The notes under the pieces are model-generated. The model was not told the DNA's origin. It was given only the letters and a program-made list of their open reading frames with translations, and ran no database searches. The translations under genes were made by a program, and so were the position numbers. From Ruditapes philippinarum (taxonomy: Eukaryota): DNA of 64,000 bases. The stretch covers positions 124,001-188,000 of the forward strand of contig NW_026867237.1 in NCBI RefSeq assembly GCF_026571515.1, given 5' to 3'. This document shows positions 52,899 through 64,000 of the stretch, piece by piece (within the stretch, counting starts at the first letter, position 1; each line of letters begins with the position of its first letter).

Positions 52899-55800
52899 TA
52901 CTGTTATGGCGGGCAATTGCAGGGTTGTGTGATTATGAGCAGATAACTCATGATGTACGACGTATGTACAACAATTGTCTCCCTTTTATTACAGTTTTAT
53001 TACATTTTTACTGTTTTTATCTACTATTTAGAGCAGGCGACATTGAGTCAAATCCAGGCCCCGAGATTAGTAAGGAAAATTGTTTAACTATATATCATTA
53101 AAATATTCGTGGCATTAGAAGTAAACTAGACTTTGTAAATGACAACTTTCTCGATTATGATATTTTGTGTTTTACTGAAACAAAGTTGGATGCAAATGTT
53201 CAAGATAACAACTTAATTTTACCGGGGTTCGATCATATGTTTCGTAAGGATATTTCGTGTCATGCTTGGGGTTATTAACTTATATTTCCGCTTTTTTAAG
53301 ACCAAAACGTGTAGCTGTTTTGGAAAACATCCTTCCAGAATCGCTTTGGATAGAAATTAAAGACAAAAAACATTCATATCTATTATGCACTTTATATAAG
53401 CCCCCTCATAGTACGGTCGATTTTTGGGATAAATTAAATAGGTGTCTCGAACAGGCTCTAGAGATGCAAAACCACATAGTCATGGTAGGAGATATAAATG
53501 AAGACCAGCTGAATTATTCGAATCATAAACTTCGCGACGTGTTATTACTGAACAATATGACCAACGTTTATTCAGGTACCAACTCGTGTTACACCAACTA
53601 CCAGAACATTAATTGATCCTATAGCAACAACAAATAACATTCATGTTTTAGATTCGGGAATTTTCGAAACACCAAACGAGATAAGTGATCATTTCGGCAC
53701 CTACATTTTTTTCAAAATTGAATTTGATTCAAATAAACCATTTAAAAGAAGTATGGAACTACAATAACGCTGATTTTACTACATTTAATACTCTTATTCG
53801 TGATTTCGATTGGTCGTTCATTATCAGTGAGAATATTGATATTGCATGCGAACATTTTACAAACACTTTTTTAGATATTGCTAAGCGATGCATTCCTTCG
53901 TATATAGCGTTAGTAAGGCCTAAAGATAAACCTTGGTTTAATTCCGAAATTCGAAAAACTTTGCGACTTAGGGATAGACAATTTCATAAAGCATTGAATT
54001 CAAATAACGTACATGACTGGAATAAATACAAAAAAAACAACAAGAAATAAGGTAAATAATATGAAAAAACATGCCAAAAACGTTTTCTACAACAATTAAG
54101 AATTTTCACTTAACGATCTTAATAGCAATGATTCGCGCAAATATTGGAAAACGGTAAAAATGCTCGTCAAAGAAAACTCTTCTGATTCGGGAAACATTCC
54201 ACCTCTTATTAAATGTAATAACACAGATATATCATATTCTGACACAAAAAAAGCAAATACACTAAACGATCTCTTTGTTGTTTCAATTTCAAATATTGAC
54301 GATTCAAACACTGAACTTCCGGATTTTTCATTCAAAACACATTCAAAACTTAATAATTTTTTAATAATAGAACAAGAAGTTACCGATATATTAGATAATC
54401 TTATCATAAATAAAGCTTCGGGTCCCGACGAAATTAGTCATAAAATGTTGAAAGAAACATCTAAATCAATATGCAAACCTCTTTGTTTACTCTTTAATTG
54501 ATCTTTAAATGACAATATGTACCCATCTAATTGGAAACTTGCTCATGTTATGCCTTTATATAAGAAAGGAAATAAAGATGAAGCATCTAATTACCGACCA
54601 ATATCACTAATAAGTTGTGTCGGAAAAGTAATGGAAAGAATAATTTTGAAACATATATATAACTATTTTAATGAATATTCACTTATTTTTCAAAACCAAT
54701 CAGGCTTCCTTCCAGGCCACTCCACTATTTATCAATTAATAGACATTTATAACCAAATTTGTAAATCCTTTGATACAAGGGAATCAATATGTATAATTTT
54801 TTGTGATATTTCAAAAGCTTTTGATAGAGTTTGGCATAAAGGTTTAATTTTTACGATAAGACAATATGGAATTGAAGGAAACTTGATAAACTGGTTGGAA
54901 AATTATCTAAAGAACAGAGGTCAAAAAGTTTTTGTTAATACTTCGTTTTCTTTACCTAGGTATTTATACGGTGGAGTCCCCCAAGGCTCGGTCCTTGGGC
55001 CTCTTTTATTTTTGATTTACGTAAACGATATAGCAGATTCCCTTTTAAGTGTAACAAGACTCTTTGCAGACGACAGTTCTCTTGCAGTAACATCAAACAA
55101 TGTAAACACAATCGAAGAAACTATTAATCACGACCTTGATAACATTCTCACTCGGTCAAAACAATGGTTGGTTAACTTTAATCCAGCAAAAACAGAAGCG
55201 ATGCTCTTTACATATGTCAATCGAAATCGACCTAATTTATACTTTAATAATGTTCAACTTAATTTTGTAGACCACCATAAACATCTAGGTGTTACATTTA
55301 GCCAAGACGGTAACTGGCATGAGCACATCGCAAATATAGTATCATCTGCATCAAAAATACTAGGTTCAATGAAATTGATAAAATTCAAAGTTAAAAGAAA
55401 TACTCTTAATCATATATATGTTTCCTATCTTCGTCCAAGGCTTGAATATGCATCAATTGTATGGGATAACTGTACACAATATGAAAAAGAAACTTTAGAA
55501 AAACTACAATATGAAGCAGCAAGGATTGTAACAAGTCTAAGTAGATCTGTTTCAATTCAAAATCTTATAAATGGAATAGGATGGCTTTCATTAGACGACA
55601 GGCCCCGGAGAAAAATGCAAAAACTTATTTTAATTTATAAAGAAAAACATAACCTTTTGCCGTTATATTTATCACAGTTATTCCCACCAACAGTCGAACA
55701 TGTTTCCTCACATTTATACTCGCTACGAAATAATGCTAATTATGCTTCAATAGCAAGAAGAACAGAAATTTATGCTAAGTCTGTCATTCCGTCCTCTATA

Positions 55801-56634
55801 CAACTATGGAACGAATTACAGCCCATATTAGAGAATCAGAAACATTATCAATATTCAAAAATAAGCTTAAAACATTATATAAAGCCCCTATTGTGCCACC
55901 ATTTTATATCGAAGGCGATCGTGTATCTGTTGTCTACCATGCTCGCATTAGAAATAAATGTAGCAATCTGAATTCTGACCTTTTTACAAATCATCTTACT
56001 TCTAGTGCAGCATGCGATTGTGGTACTCTAATTGAAGATGCCGAACATTTCCCATTCCAATGTCGAAAGTATATAATACAAAGAAGAAAACTATTTACAA
56101 ACACCAGAGAATTCCACCCGCTTAGTACTAAAAAGCTACTCTTTGGCATTGAAAATTTAACCGACTTTCAAAACAAAATCTTATTTCAGCATGTTCAAAA
56201 TTATATCAAAGAAACAAAGAGGTTTACATAAAACGTTACTACATTGTTTTTTATTGTAATTAACTATAACAAGTACTTAAGGTTATTTTTGCTCATTACA
56301 AACAAATGGGTATGTGCTTAACAATTAATGATGGGGATTGGTTGGTGGTAGTGTCGACACACAACTGATACAGCAACATTTCTTTTCTTGTTTTCTGTTC
56401 TTCCCTCTTCTATCTTTTCATCTTAAAATGAAAATGTATTGTAACTTAATGCATATTTACTTTAATGTATAACTTTCTTTACTTTATGAAACTGATGTTA
56501 ATCATTTACAGGGAAGGGCCCACGATAATGTTGTAAAAACTTTTGGCCCAACCCTTTTGTATATTGTGTAATTTTGTTAATGTAAATGAATTGATGTATA
56601 TTTATATATGCAATAAAATATTATTAAACTAAAC
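52899..56634 (+). mobile_element. CR1-like LINE ORF2 (2A-like peptide, APE endonuclease, RT, C-terminal Cys/His knuckle), with stops and frameshifts
   Basis: GDIESNPGP, FTET, LYKPP, VGDIN, KASGPD, YRPISL, DISKAFDRVWH, GVPQGSVLGP, LFADD, CDCG...EDAEHF..QC; tail caataaaatattattaaactaaac. Confidence 0.92.
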
Positions 56635-57180
56635 CTGTTTCAAGAGAGATCTGGAAGATGTGGGTCAGTATGGGAGTAACCTCTTGATGGAGTTCTTTTA
56701 TTAGTAAACTAGGGGATATTTGGTCAGGACCAGAAGCTTTATTTGTGTTTAGGCGTTGTAAAAGTTTCTTCAAACCATCTTCCGATATAGATACTTCTGA
56801 CATAGATGGTTGATGTTTCGGAGTCTATGTATTGTCAGTATGCTTTCCTAGTTTCTCTTTGGATTTCACTTTTAAGTAATTTGAGGTTTAATTGTGACCA
56901 AATCATTTGATGGGGACTTTGACCTTTTAATGTTTCAATAAGTTCTATCAAGATTCCTTATTTTGCGAATGATGGACTTCTTTAACCATGGTAGATCTCG
57001 ACGTGTTTTAGTGACTTTAGTTGGTATGTGAGTAGAACAAAGATGGTTTAGTTTGTCCTTGAAGGAAATCCAGGCTTTGTTGGGATCAGTGTGGTGTATT
57101 TCACTGTAGACCTTGGCATATTTACTTACATTATTTTTCTATTATAATTAAAGCTCACATTCTGTTTCCTCCCGAATATA
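56635..57180 (-). mobile_element. Old LINE fragment (endonuclease-RT linker)
   Basis: Minus strand reads KASGPDQISPSLL/KELHQEVTPILTHIFQISLET, truncated exactly at the 3' tail of the CR1-like element. Confidence 0.7.
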
Positions 57181-57345
57181 AGTTTGTTAACATGTTGGTC
57201 TTTTAGAATATGTGTATTGCATTGTATATAACACAAGCGATTTACATACATGAATATTCTAAAAAAGTTCGATACTTAGCGGTGTTCAATTTAGAGGTGT
57301 TCATTTTAATCTTCAAGTTGGAGGTAAAAACAACGATGGTTATCA

Positions 57346-57357
57346 TTTGGCGGGAAA
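57346..57357 (+). promoter_or_regulatory. E2F-type site, candidate ATR promoter element
   Basis: tttggcgggaaa matches the E2F consensus, ~1.6 kb upstream of the ATR start codon; TSS not identifiable. Confidence 0.4.
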
Positions 57358-58917
57358 GTGTTGAAATAATTTTAGAGTAAACTATATTTGTTCTAATAAA
57401 TTAATTTTCATTCAACAAGCATTCTTTCATAACAGCCATTGCTTTTCAATCCGATAATATACGACTGAAATTAATAACATATGAATATTTTCACTTCGTC
57501 TCTGTAATATAATTTCGCGACGTTTGAAGTTACAATTTTTAAAATTATGTTCATTTTACATTTTCAAGCATATATTCAATCATTGCTATTCAGTTGCTTT
57601 CCTTTGAAATGAATAAAGTAGTATTTGTTGTTTTCTTAATATTCTGAGTTTGAGAGATAGTCAGACTAATTGTAGATATACTTTACTTAGAGGTATTTTG
57701 CTAAATTTCATTTGTGTATGGGCAATATCTCCCCTAAATTTCGACCCAGAATCTATGTTTGTAATGTCAGTATATTTTGACTCGTTGAAAGTATACTTTA
57801 CTTTGAAATAGAATTTATTTACTGTTATATTTTTTTTTAACTTTGAAGTAAATTTTGTCCCCGGCTTGTGGTTTTCTTACAAATTTACTTAAGATATTGT
57901 ATATGAGGGTTGCAAGGGTGATACTACTGTATTGCAATGCAGCGTCTTACAATACATACCACAGTACAGAACCTAGTACCACAATATTTTCTTTAATATA
58001 TCTCTTTGATCAAAATATACATTTACATGTACATATTTTGACTTTTAGCGAGACTATTTGCAGGATACTGCAGCTGATGCAGTCACTCATTTGTCGGTGC
58101 CGGTGACCCTGTGGTTAAGTTTTTAGGTGTAAGCTGGTTTCTCCATAACTATCAAAGGGTAGAGTTGCAATGATACATTCCAATGAATCGAAAACCTTAT
58201 TTGATTCCAATACCAAATCTAAGAATTTTGATTTGATTCACATCCAAAAATAAACATGGAAAGAATGCAGTATTAGTCCCTCTCTATCTAGTGAACCGCT
58301 TTATTACGCAAAATACCATTGGTTAATTTAACACGTTCATCCAATCAGTGGATGCATAATGTTGATTTTTCTCAAAGCAAATCATAATGGATTAAAATGT
58401 CAGTATAGTAAAAATATATCTAAAAAAGTAATGCAACAAAACTTCAGTATAAGGTGTGGGAATGCGTTGGGTTTCCATAAACAAAGCAACATGTAAAATA
58501 TGTACGAAATAAGTACAAATAACTTCATGCAACAGCTTCAGTTACAAGCTGTTGTGCCACAACACGAAAGGAAAGAAGATATACTGATGTTGATTAGTTT
58601 AAAAAGTCTAGTTTTAGTTTTAGAAAAAGTCAGATTTATAAGAACTTTTACTCAATCTTAAATAATTTTATAATTATCTCCCTGTATGTACTTCTAATAT
58701 GATAAAAACTGCTCAAATGTATTTCTACTGACACGTACACTAAACTTATTCCATTATATTTTTCATGGTTAATTTATTGTTGCATATATGCAAATCTAGC
58801 ATTTAACAAGACTTTGCTCTGAATGTCCAGATTATAATATGCTTCAGGGAAATTGGCAATACTGTTACAAAATTCTTGTTTATTTCATGTTTTACAGTCA
58901 TACTTTGATAGCAGTTG

Positions 58918-61900
58918 ATGGTAACTAATGGCAGAATGTTAGCAGAAAGTGTTGAGTTCCTTAACAAGTAGGTATACTTTGAATATTTTTCTCACAATGT
59001 TGGGAGGGTGTGGTTAGTTAGGAAGTTGTGTCATGGATTTAGATCAGTTTGAAAGAAAACACTCAAATAATAATAACAAGAAAATTACAGTCATTTTGAA
59101 TTTAAGTGTAACATTGTTTGCAAAAAAATCACTTTTAATTTCATTTCTGTTGACTGTACGTCTCGATTAAAGCTTCAAATTCAGAACAAGGACATCCCAA
59201 TTCTGAGTGTTTTATTGTTTGTATACATTAGTCATAATTATCGTGAACATGTTTGGGAATATGAGAGGGGGGGATGAGGAGTAGAGTTTTGAAGTTATTA
59301 CACTGCACTGTCTAGGTAAGTAGACTGTTCGCTTACAAACCCTATTACAAGTAGAGAAACAGACTGCGTGGACGTGCAGGCTGGTCTGGATCCATGCTGT
59401 TTGCAAACCCATTATGTTGGTTTTGTCATGACGCGGCTCATTTTGTGATTTACAGCTTTAAGAAACATGGAGCTTCAGGAGCTGGACAGAGTGTATATTC
59501 TTGCCGTACATTCCTGGGACGTCTTGTGGAAAACTTTCTTACAGATATGGATAAAGGTGATAACACAAATACTTTCGAAAAAATATTTTTTTCATAATTT
59601 CATTTCATCAGACTCACTAATGAAGTGAAGGGAAGAAATAAAACAAATTAATGAACTTGTATATGATTGTATTTTTAACATTATTTTTAAGCTTTTATTT
59701 AACTAAATATGATTTTTCATTTGCCCTGACATAGTTTAGATTAAAATTTTATAAGACTATTGAATTTTCAATTAACAAGTAAATGTTGAAATAAAATGAG
59801 ACTTTGTTTTTGCTTTCATATGAAATAAGATAAATTTTGATGTACATAAATGATATATCTGATGTAATATAAATAACTTATTCCCCATGTATTAAACATA
59901 TTGGTTTTGTATATAGCAGTTAAAAGTTGACAATTTTGCCTCAAACAAATTCGCGTGATTTTGAAATCATCAGTTTTTTTATTATAATTTATGAGTTTCT
60001 CAATATAAGTATTTGTTGACTTGTTTATGAATATTTTAAAAAACAAAATCCCAAGTTCTTTTATTTCATTTAAAGATTTAGTTTTCAGTTTAAAGGTCAA
60101 GAGCTTAACTTTTGAAATAACATGTCCAACTTGACCAAGCTTTGCTTCATGATCATGATCTGCATTGTATGCTAATTAGTCAGTAAATATTTTGATAATT
60201 TTTCCAATGATCTTTGTTCTGTTTTTTTAGTCTCAGCAGCATTAAAGAAAGATGGAACAAGCAGTGAGTACCTGGCACCCCTACAGTTTAGTGGAATTTT
60301 CCTACGGAGCCAATCAGAGGTGTTCCTGCCGCCCCCACCAAGTCAATCACCTAGCACTCCACCTCTTAATAGGCCAGTGGATAGTATGCAAGAAGATGAC
60401 CTCACTCAAGGTACCATGACATTGAAAATAATAAAAAGAAAAGAATAACACTTATTTATCTGACTAAAGTCTGTGTTTTCTTTTGGTCATATTTATGAGA
60501 ATGAATAGGAAATATTTGTGATATATCAGAATTGTATCTGTCAATGACAGTTTTTGATGATAATCATGTTGCTAATAACAGTATTTTGATTGGTATTTCA
60601 GAATTTCTCATGTGGTTTTTCTCGCGAATTTTGGTTCTACTTGGACATGAGAAATGTGCTGCCCTCCATGAACGTACAATAGATACAATACATGAGATGT
60701 TGCAGGCGGTCTGTAGTAGAGATGCCTTCCTGTATGGTCGCTTCTTGAAGGAACTTGTCCTCTGCATAACAGGTAGGAAGACATTAGAAAATAAGTATTT
60801 CAGGTAGGTATATGAAAAGAAAAAGGTATTTTTAAGACTTCAATGAGTTTCCAATGCAAATTTCTGTAATGTATGCATTCTAGCGTAAAAATTGCCATGC
60901 CCCCATGTTATCACAAATAACAATTAAAAATCAGCGTTTCTTTACTTTTATTGAGCATTAAGAAAACAAAATTAGGACAGAAATGACATGTAAAATAGTA
61001 AAAGTGACAATTCTGTCCACTGCAAACTTTAATAGTGGAGGCAGGAGGATAGGAGTTAAATATTGCTAATTATGTGCTAAAAACATCAACAACAAAAGTA
61101 AGACACAAAAACTGACAGGGTACATGATATAAGGATATATGATATATTCTATTTTCTTAGACTTGGTACGTATTTCCGAAGACATGTTTGATGGTAAAAT
61201 AGACAGTGACAAACTTATAAGATTTCCTGTGAACATCTCAAAAGTTCTACAAAGTCTGCAGGAACCAGTCAAGGTAATGTTTAAATGAGCCGCATGACGA
61301 CAAAACCAACGTTATGCGTTTGCGACCAGCACGGATCCAGGCCATCCTGCGCATCCGCACAGTCTGATCAGGATCCATGCTGTTTGCTATCAGTTTCTCT
61401 ACCAGTAATAAGGTTTGTATGCGAACAGTATGAATCAGACTGCACGGCTGCTCAGGCTGTTCTGGATCCATGCTGGTCGCAAACACATTACGTTGGTTTT
61501 GTTATGACGCGGCTTAAATGTTTTAACCAATCAGATGTTTAAGGCAATAATAAACTTCCTATGCCACAATAACAAGGCATGTCTGTTCAGTCTGAGCAGA
61601 GTAAATGTTTTAGCATTTTGAAACTGAACCTGAAAACCCTTACTTCAAGAATGGACTGTTCTGAATTCAGAGCAGAACTGTTGCACAAATTTGACATTTG
61701 GAAACACTTGGCAGAAAAGATTAAAAGCTCAAATTCAGGGGCAGATAACACAGAAAGTAGGATGGGGACCACGGAAATTTTCCTCATAATATTGTTTCTG
61801 TTGTGATATTCTTTAATTATCCTCTATAATGTTGACAAATCAGTTATTATTACTTTTATTCTGAAATCCCTGTAACTAGTTCATTAGTATTGGTCTGTTT

Positions 61901-63877
61901 CTGTTTAAAAGTCAAACATTTCACAAAATCAGGAGACTATTTATTGAGAAATTTGATTTGTTTCAGAGAGAAGGATCTTGTGAGGTGACTCTTTCCGTCG
62001 CTGATTTTGCTGTTGTTGATATATACTGCTGTGAGTCATTACAACTTAACATCACGTAAGTTTTATGAGTCACTTATAGTATTGGTCTTGTGCCTGAAAA
62101 AAGCCTTTTTGTACCACCATTATTTTTTTTGTAGTCCAGACAAAACCGTGGAATTTAGGGTTAAGGGCAGGACAAAATTGCTAGTTCCTAGTTTCTATAT
62201 GAAAAGAAAGTTTAGAGTTACAGGGTAGTTTGTCCAGAATTCTTTATGAATATATGGGTTGTGTCAAAGGCAAGGTTGGTCAGGTTTCAGTTACCTCATT
62301 ATTTTATTTTGGCTCAAAATTTGGAAGTTGAATTTTCTTAACTTGGTCCTTTAGAAGTTGAACTTTACTATCAGTTGTGTCAGGAATAAAGTATTTCAGG
62401 ATTTGATGCATGGTATGTTTAATTTTAGTACCATAAGTAATTTTATTTCTTTCAGGAAGATTTTGAACAAAATAGCATCAGATCTGAACAAATTTTGTCT
62501 AGAATCTCAAGTGAATGCATTGTGGGCAAGTTTATGCTACCATGTGGAGGAGGGGGATTTGACCTTGAAAACTGTAAGCTATTTGTTATTTACTAGGTTT
62601 CGGTATCTGTTTTTGCTATTGAATAAAAGCAATTATGTCTCCCAAAAATATTGTTTCTGCCTCTACTGTCTGTCCATCCCTCTGCATTAAGCTTGTCCGG
62701 CTTTCACAGGTCAAACTAAAGGTGGGGGGGGTGATTTCAACCAACTTTACAGGATTGATCAGAACCATTACTAGATGTGCATATCGTCAGCATGTTCTGC
62801 AGGTCAAGCTACTGGTGGGATTTTAATGAAACTTTACATGAGTGACCATACATATTTTTGGGAGACTTGTTTTTGTGACAAAAACCCTTCTGGAGACATA
62901 TGTTTTTATGACAAAAACCCTTTTGTTCTGACTGCTTTAATAGAACTACTAACCTCTTGCACATTATTTGGATAGCTTCCTAGCATGATGTTGAATCTTA
63001 AACTTAAGCTTATCTTGTATATTCAAATATGAATTGTACTCTTGCTGACATATTTAATATAAAAATTATGTCAATTTTAGCATTTCTCTAGCTTTTACAT
63101 ATGATTGAAGTTACTTTAATTTTTAAGGAATCATTAAAGTTACTTGGTGAGTTGATTAATTACACAAAGGTGCCTTTAGAAGTGGAGGAATACTTCATTG
63201 GTTGTTTAACTGCCATGCTGGAACTACTTTCTACTGGTTTACCACTAGTTGAAGATGCCACTGCTGAGTTAGTAGTTTATGTTGTAATAATATTACCGTA
63301 GTACTTGATAAACTCTTCTGTTACACTAAAAAATACATTTTAAGAACAAAATATGTGAAAAAATTGCAATTTAAAAATCCAAAATGACATATGAACTGCA
63401 TTAAAGTGATTTTGTAAATAGCACATTAAAGTGATTTTGTAAATAGCATGACTATGTTGTCAAGCATACACAACCAATTGAATGATATATTTACATTTCC
63501 TGAAATTATCTCATTGATTTCATCCTTGTTTCATCAGTTAATATGTATTTTTTTTCTTGATATTTAGGGAAATACAAAACCTAGAAAGAGCTGCTGCGTC
63601 TGTGTTTGTCAGTTTGGTTACCAGGGGTAACTTAAACATCCTGTCATCATACCAGGGCACACTACACACATTCTTGTGTAAAATGGCGGCCATATTTGAA
63701 AGTAATGGTTTATCCCACCTCCAGACAGGAGAGCTCAAGAGGGCAATCAGTTCATTACTATGTGAGATACAAGACCAGCTTTCAGCACAGTACCTCCTAA
63801 GTTTGGTGTGTAAATCTCAGAGAAATCAGCTCGTTGCAGCGTTTATCAGTGAAATAGGCTTCTTGAATGATTTACAG
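58918..63877 (+). CDS. ATR: Serine/threonine kinase ATR, N-terminal coding exons (58918-58967, 59456-59556, 60231-60410, 60602-60772, 61161-61273, 61967-62055, 62456-62573, 63128-63267, 63568-63877); continues beyond the window
   Basis: Nine exons splice in phase to one open frame: MVTNGRMLAESVEFLNNFKKHG...CRTFLGRLVENFLTDMDKVSAALKK...EFLMWFFSRILVLLGHEKCAALHERTIDTIHEML...FLKELVLCITDLV...LWASLCYHVEEGDLTLKTESLKLLGELI. This parallels the recalled human ATR N-terminus ([83 protein letters not shown]). The kinase domain is not in the window. Confidence 0.85.
59324..59440. mobile_element. Palindromic MITE, partial copy 3
   Basis: Right arm gcaggctggtctggatccatgctg...ggttttgtcatgacgcggctca. Confidence 0.8.
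61285..61515. mobile_element. Palindromic MITE, copy 4
   Basis: atgagccgcatgacgacaaaaccaacg ... cgttggttttgttatgacgcggctt. Confidence 0.85.
62633..62930. mobile_element. Short degraded HINE-type element in an ATR intron
   Basis: atgtctccc head, ctgtctgtccatcc, aactttacaggattgatc (shared with the 37813 element), gggagac/ggagacat ends. Confidence 0.55.
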
Positions 63878-64000
63878 GTACATATAACTACACTAAAACT
63901 AACGAAAGAATTAAAAAGCTATGGGCTTCCATGGCCAAGTGTTTAAGATTACTGACTATGTTAGTTGCCTCTCTAACTCGTTTATAGGTCTTAATTTAAT

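Noticed and set aside
61579-61806. 75-aa ORF in an ATR intron as an extra exon
   Set aside because: The flanking ATR exons already join in phase and I see no convincing splice pair.

Overview
AT-rich animal genomic DNA with spliceosomal genes; the repeat content suggests a bivalve mollusc, probably a clam (inference). Left end (+): the last three coding exons of a TMEM214-like gene. Right end (+): the first nine coding exons of an ATR-like kinase gene. Between these two conserved anchors lies a tandem array of five paralogous minus-strand genes (about 11.4-44.7 kb) that the ORF track only catches in fragments. Each encodes a 107-138 aa protein: 20-aa signal peptide, Met/Tyr/Gly-rich segment, an indel-free ~21-aa Phe/Ile/Leu hydrophobic block, and a Gly/Tyr/His/Asp-rich tail (HDNDY/HDNSY in three copies). 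All five share the same inferred 5-exon plan (TATA box, 14-18 nt first exon, three coding exons joined by two phase-1 introns, an intron just after the stop) and promoter and 3'UTR motifs. I do not recognise the family; it is the best candidate for an undescribed system. The rest is repeats: HINE-type elements with internal satellite arrays, MITEs, a tRNA-derived SINE with TSD, a mariner relic, and a head-to-head L2/CR1-like LINE pair with a 415-bp RT duplication and a 2A-like (DIESNPGP) motif. All gene models were derived by manual splicing and homologies are from memory; no database search was run.
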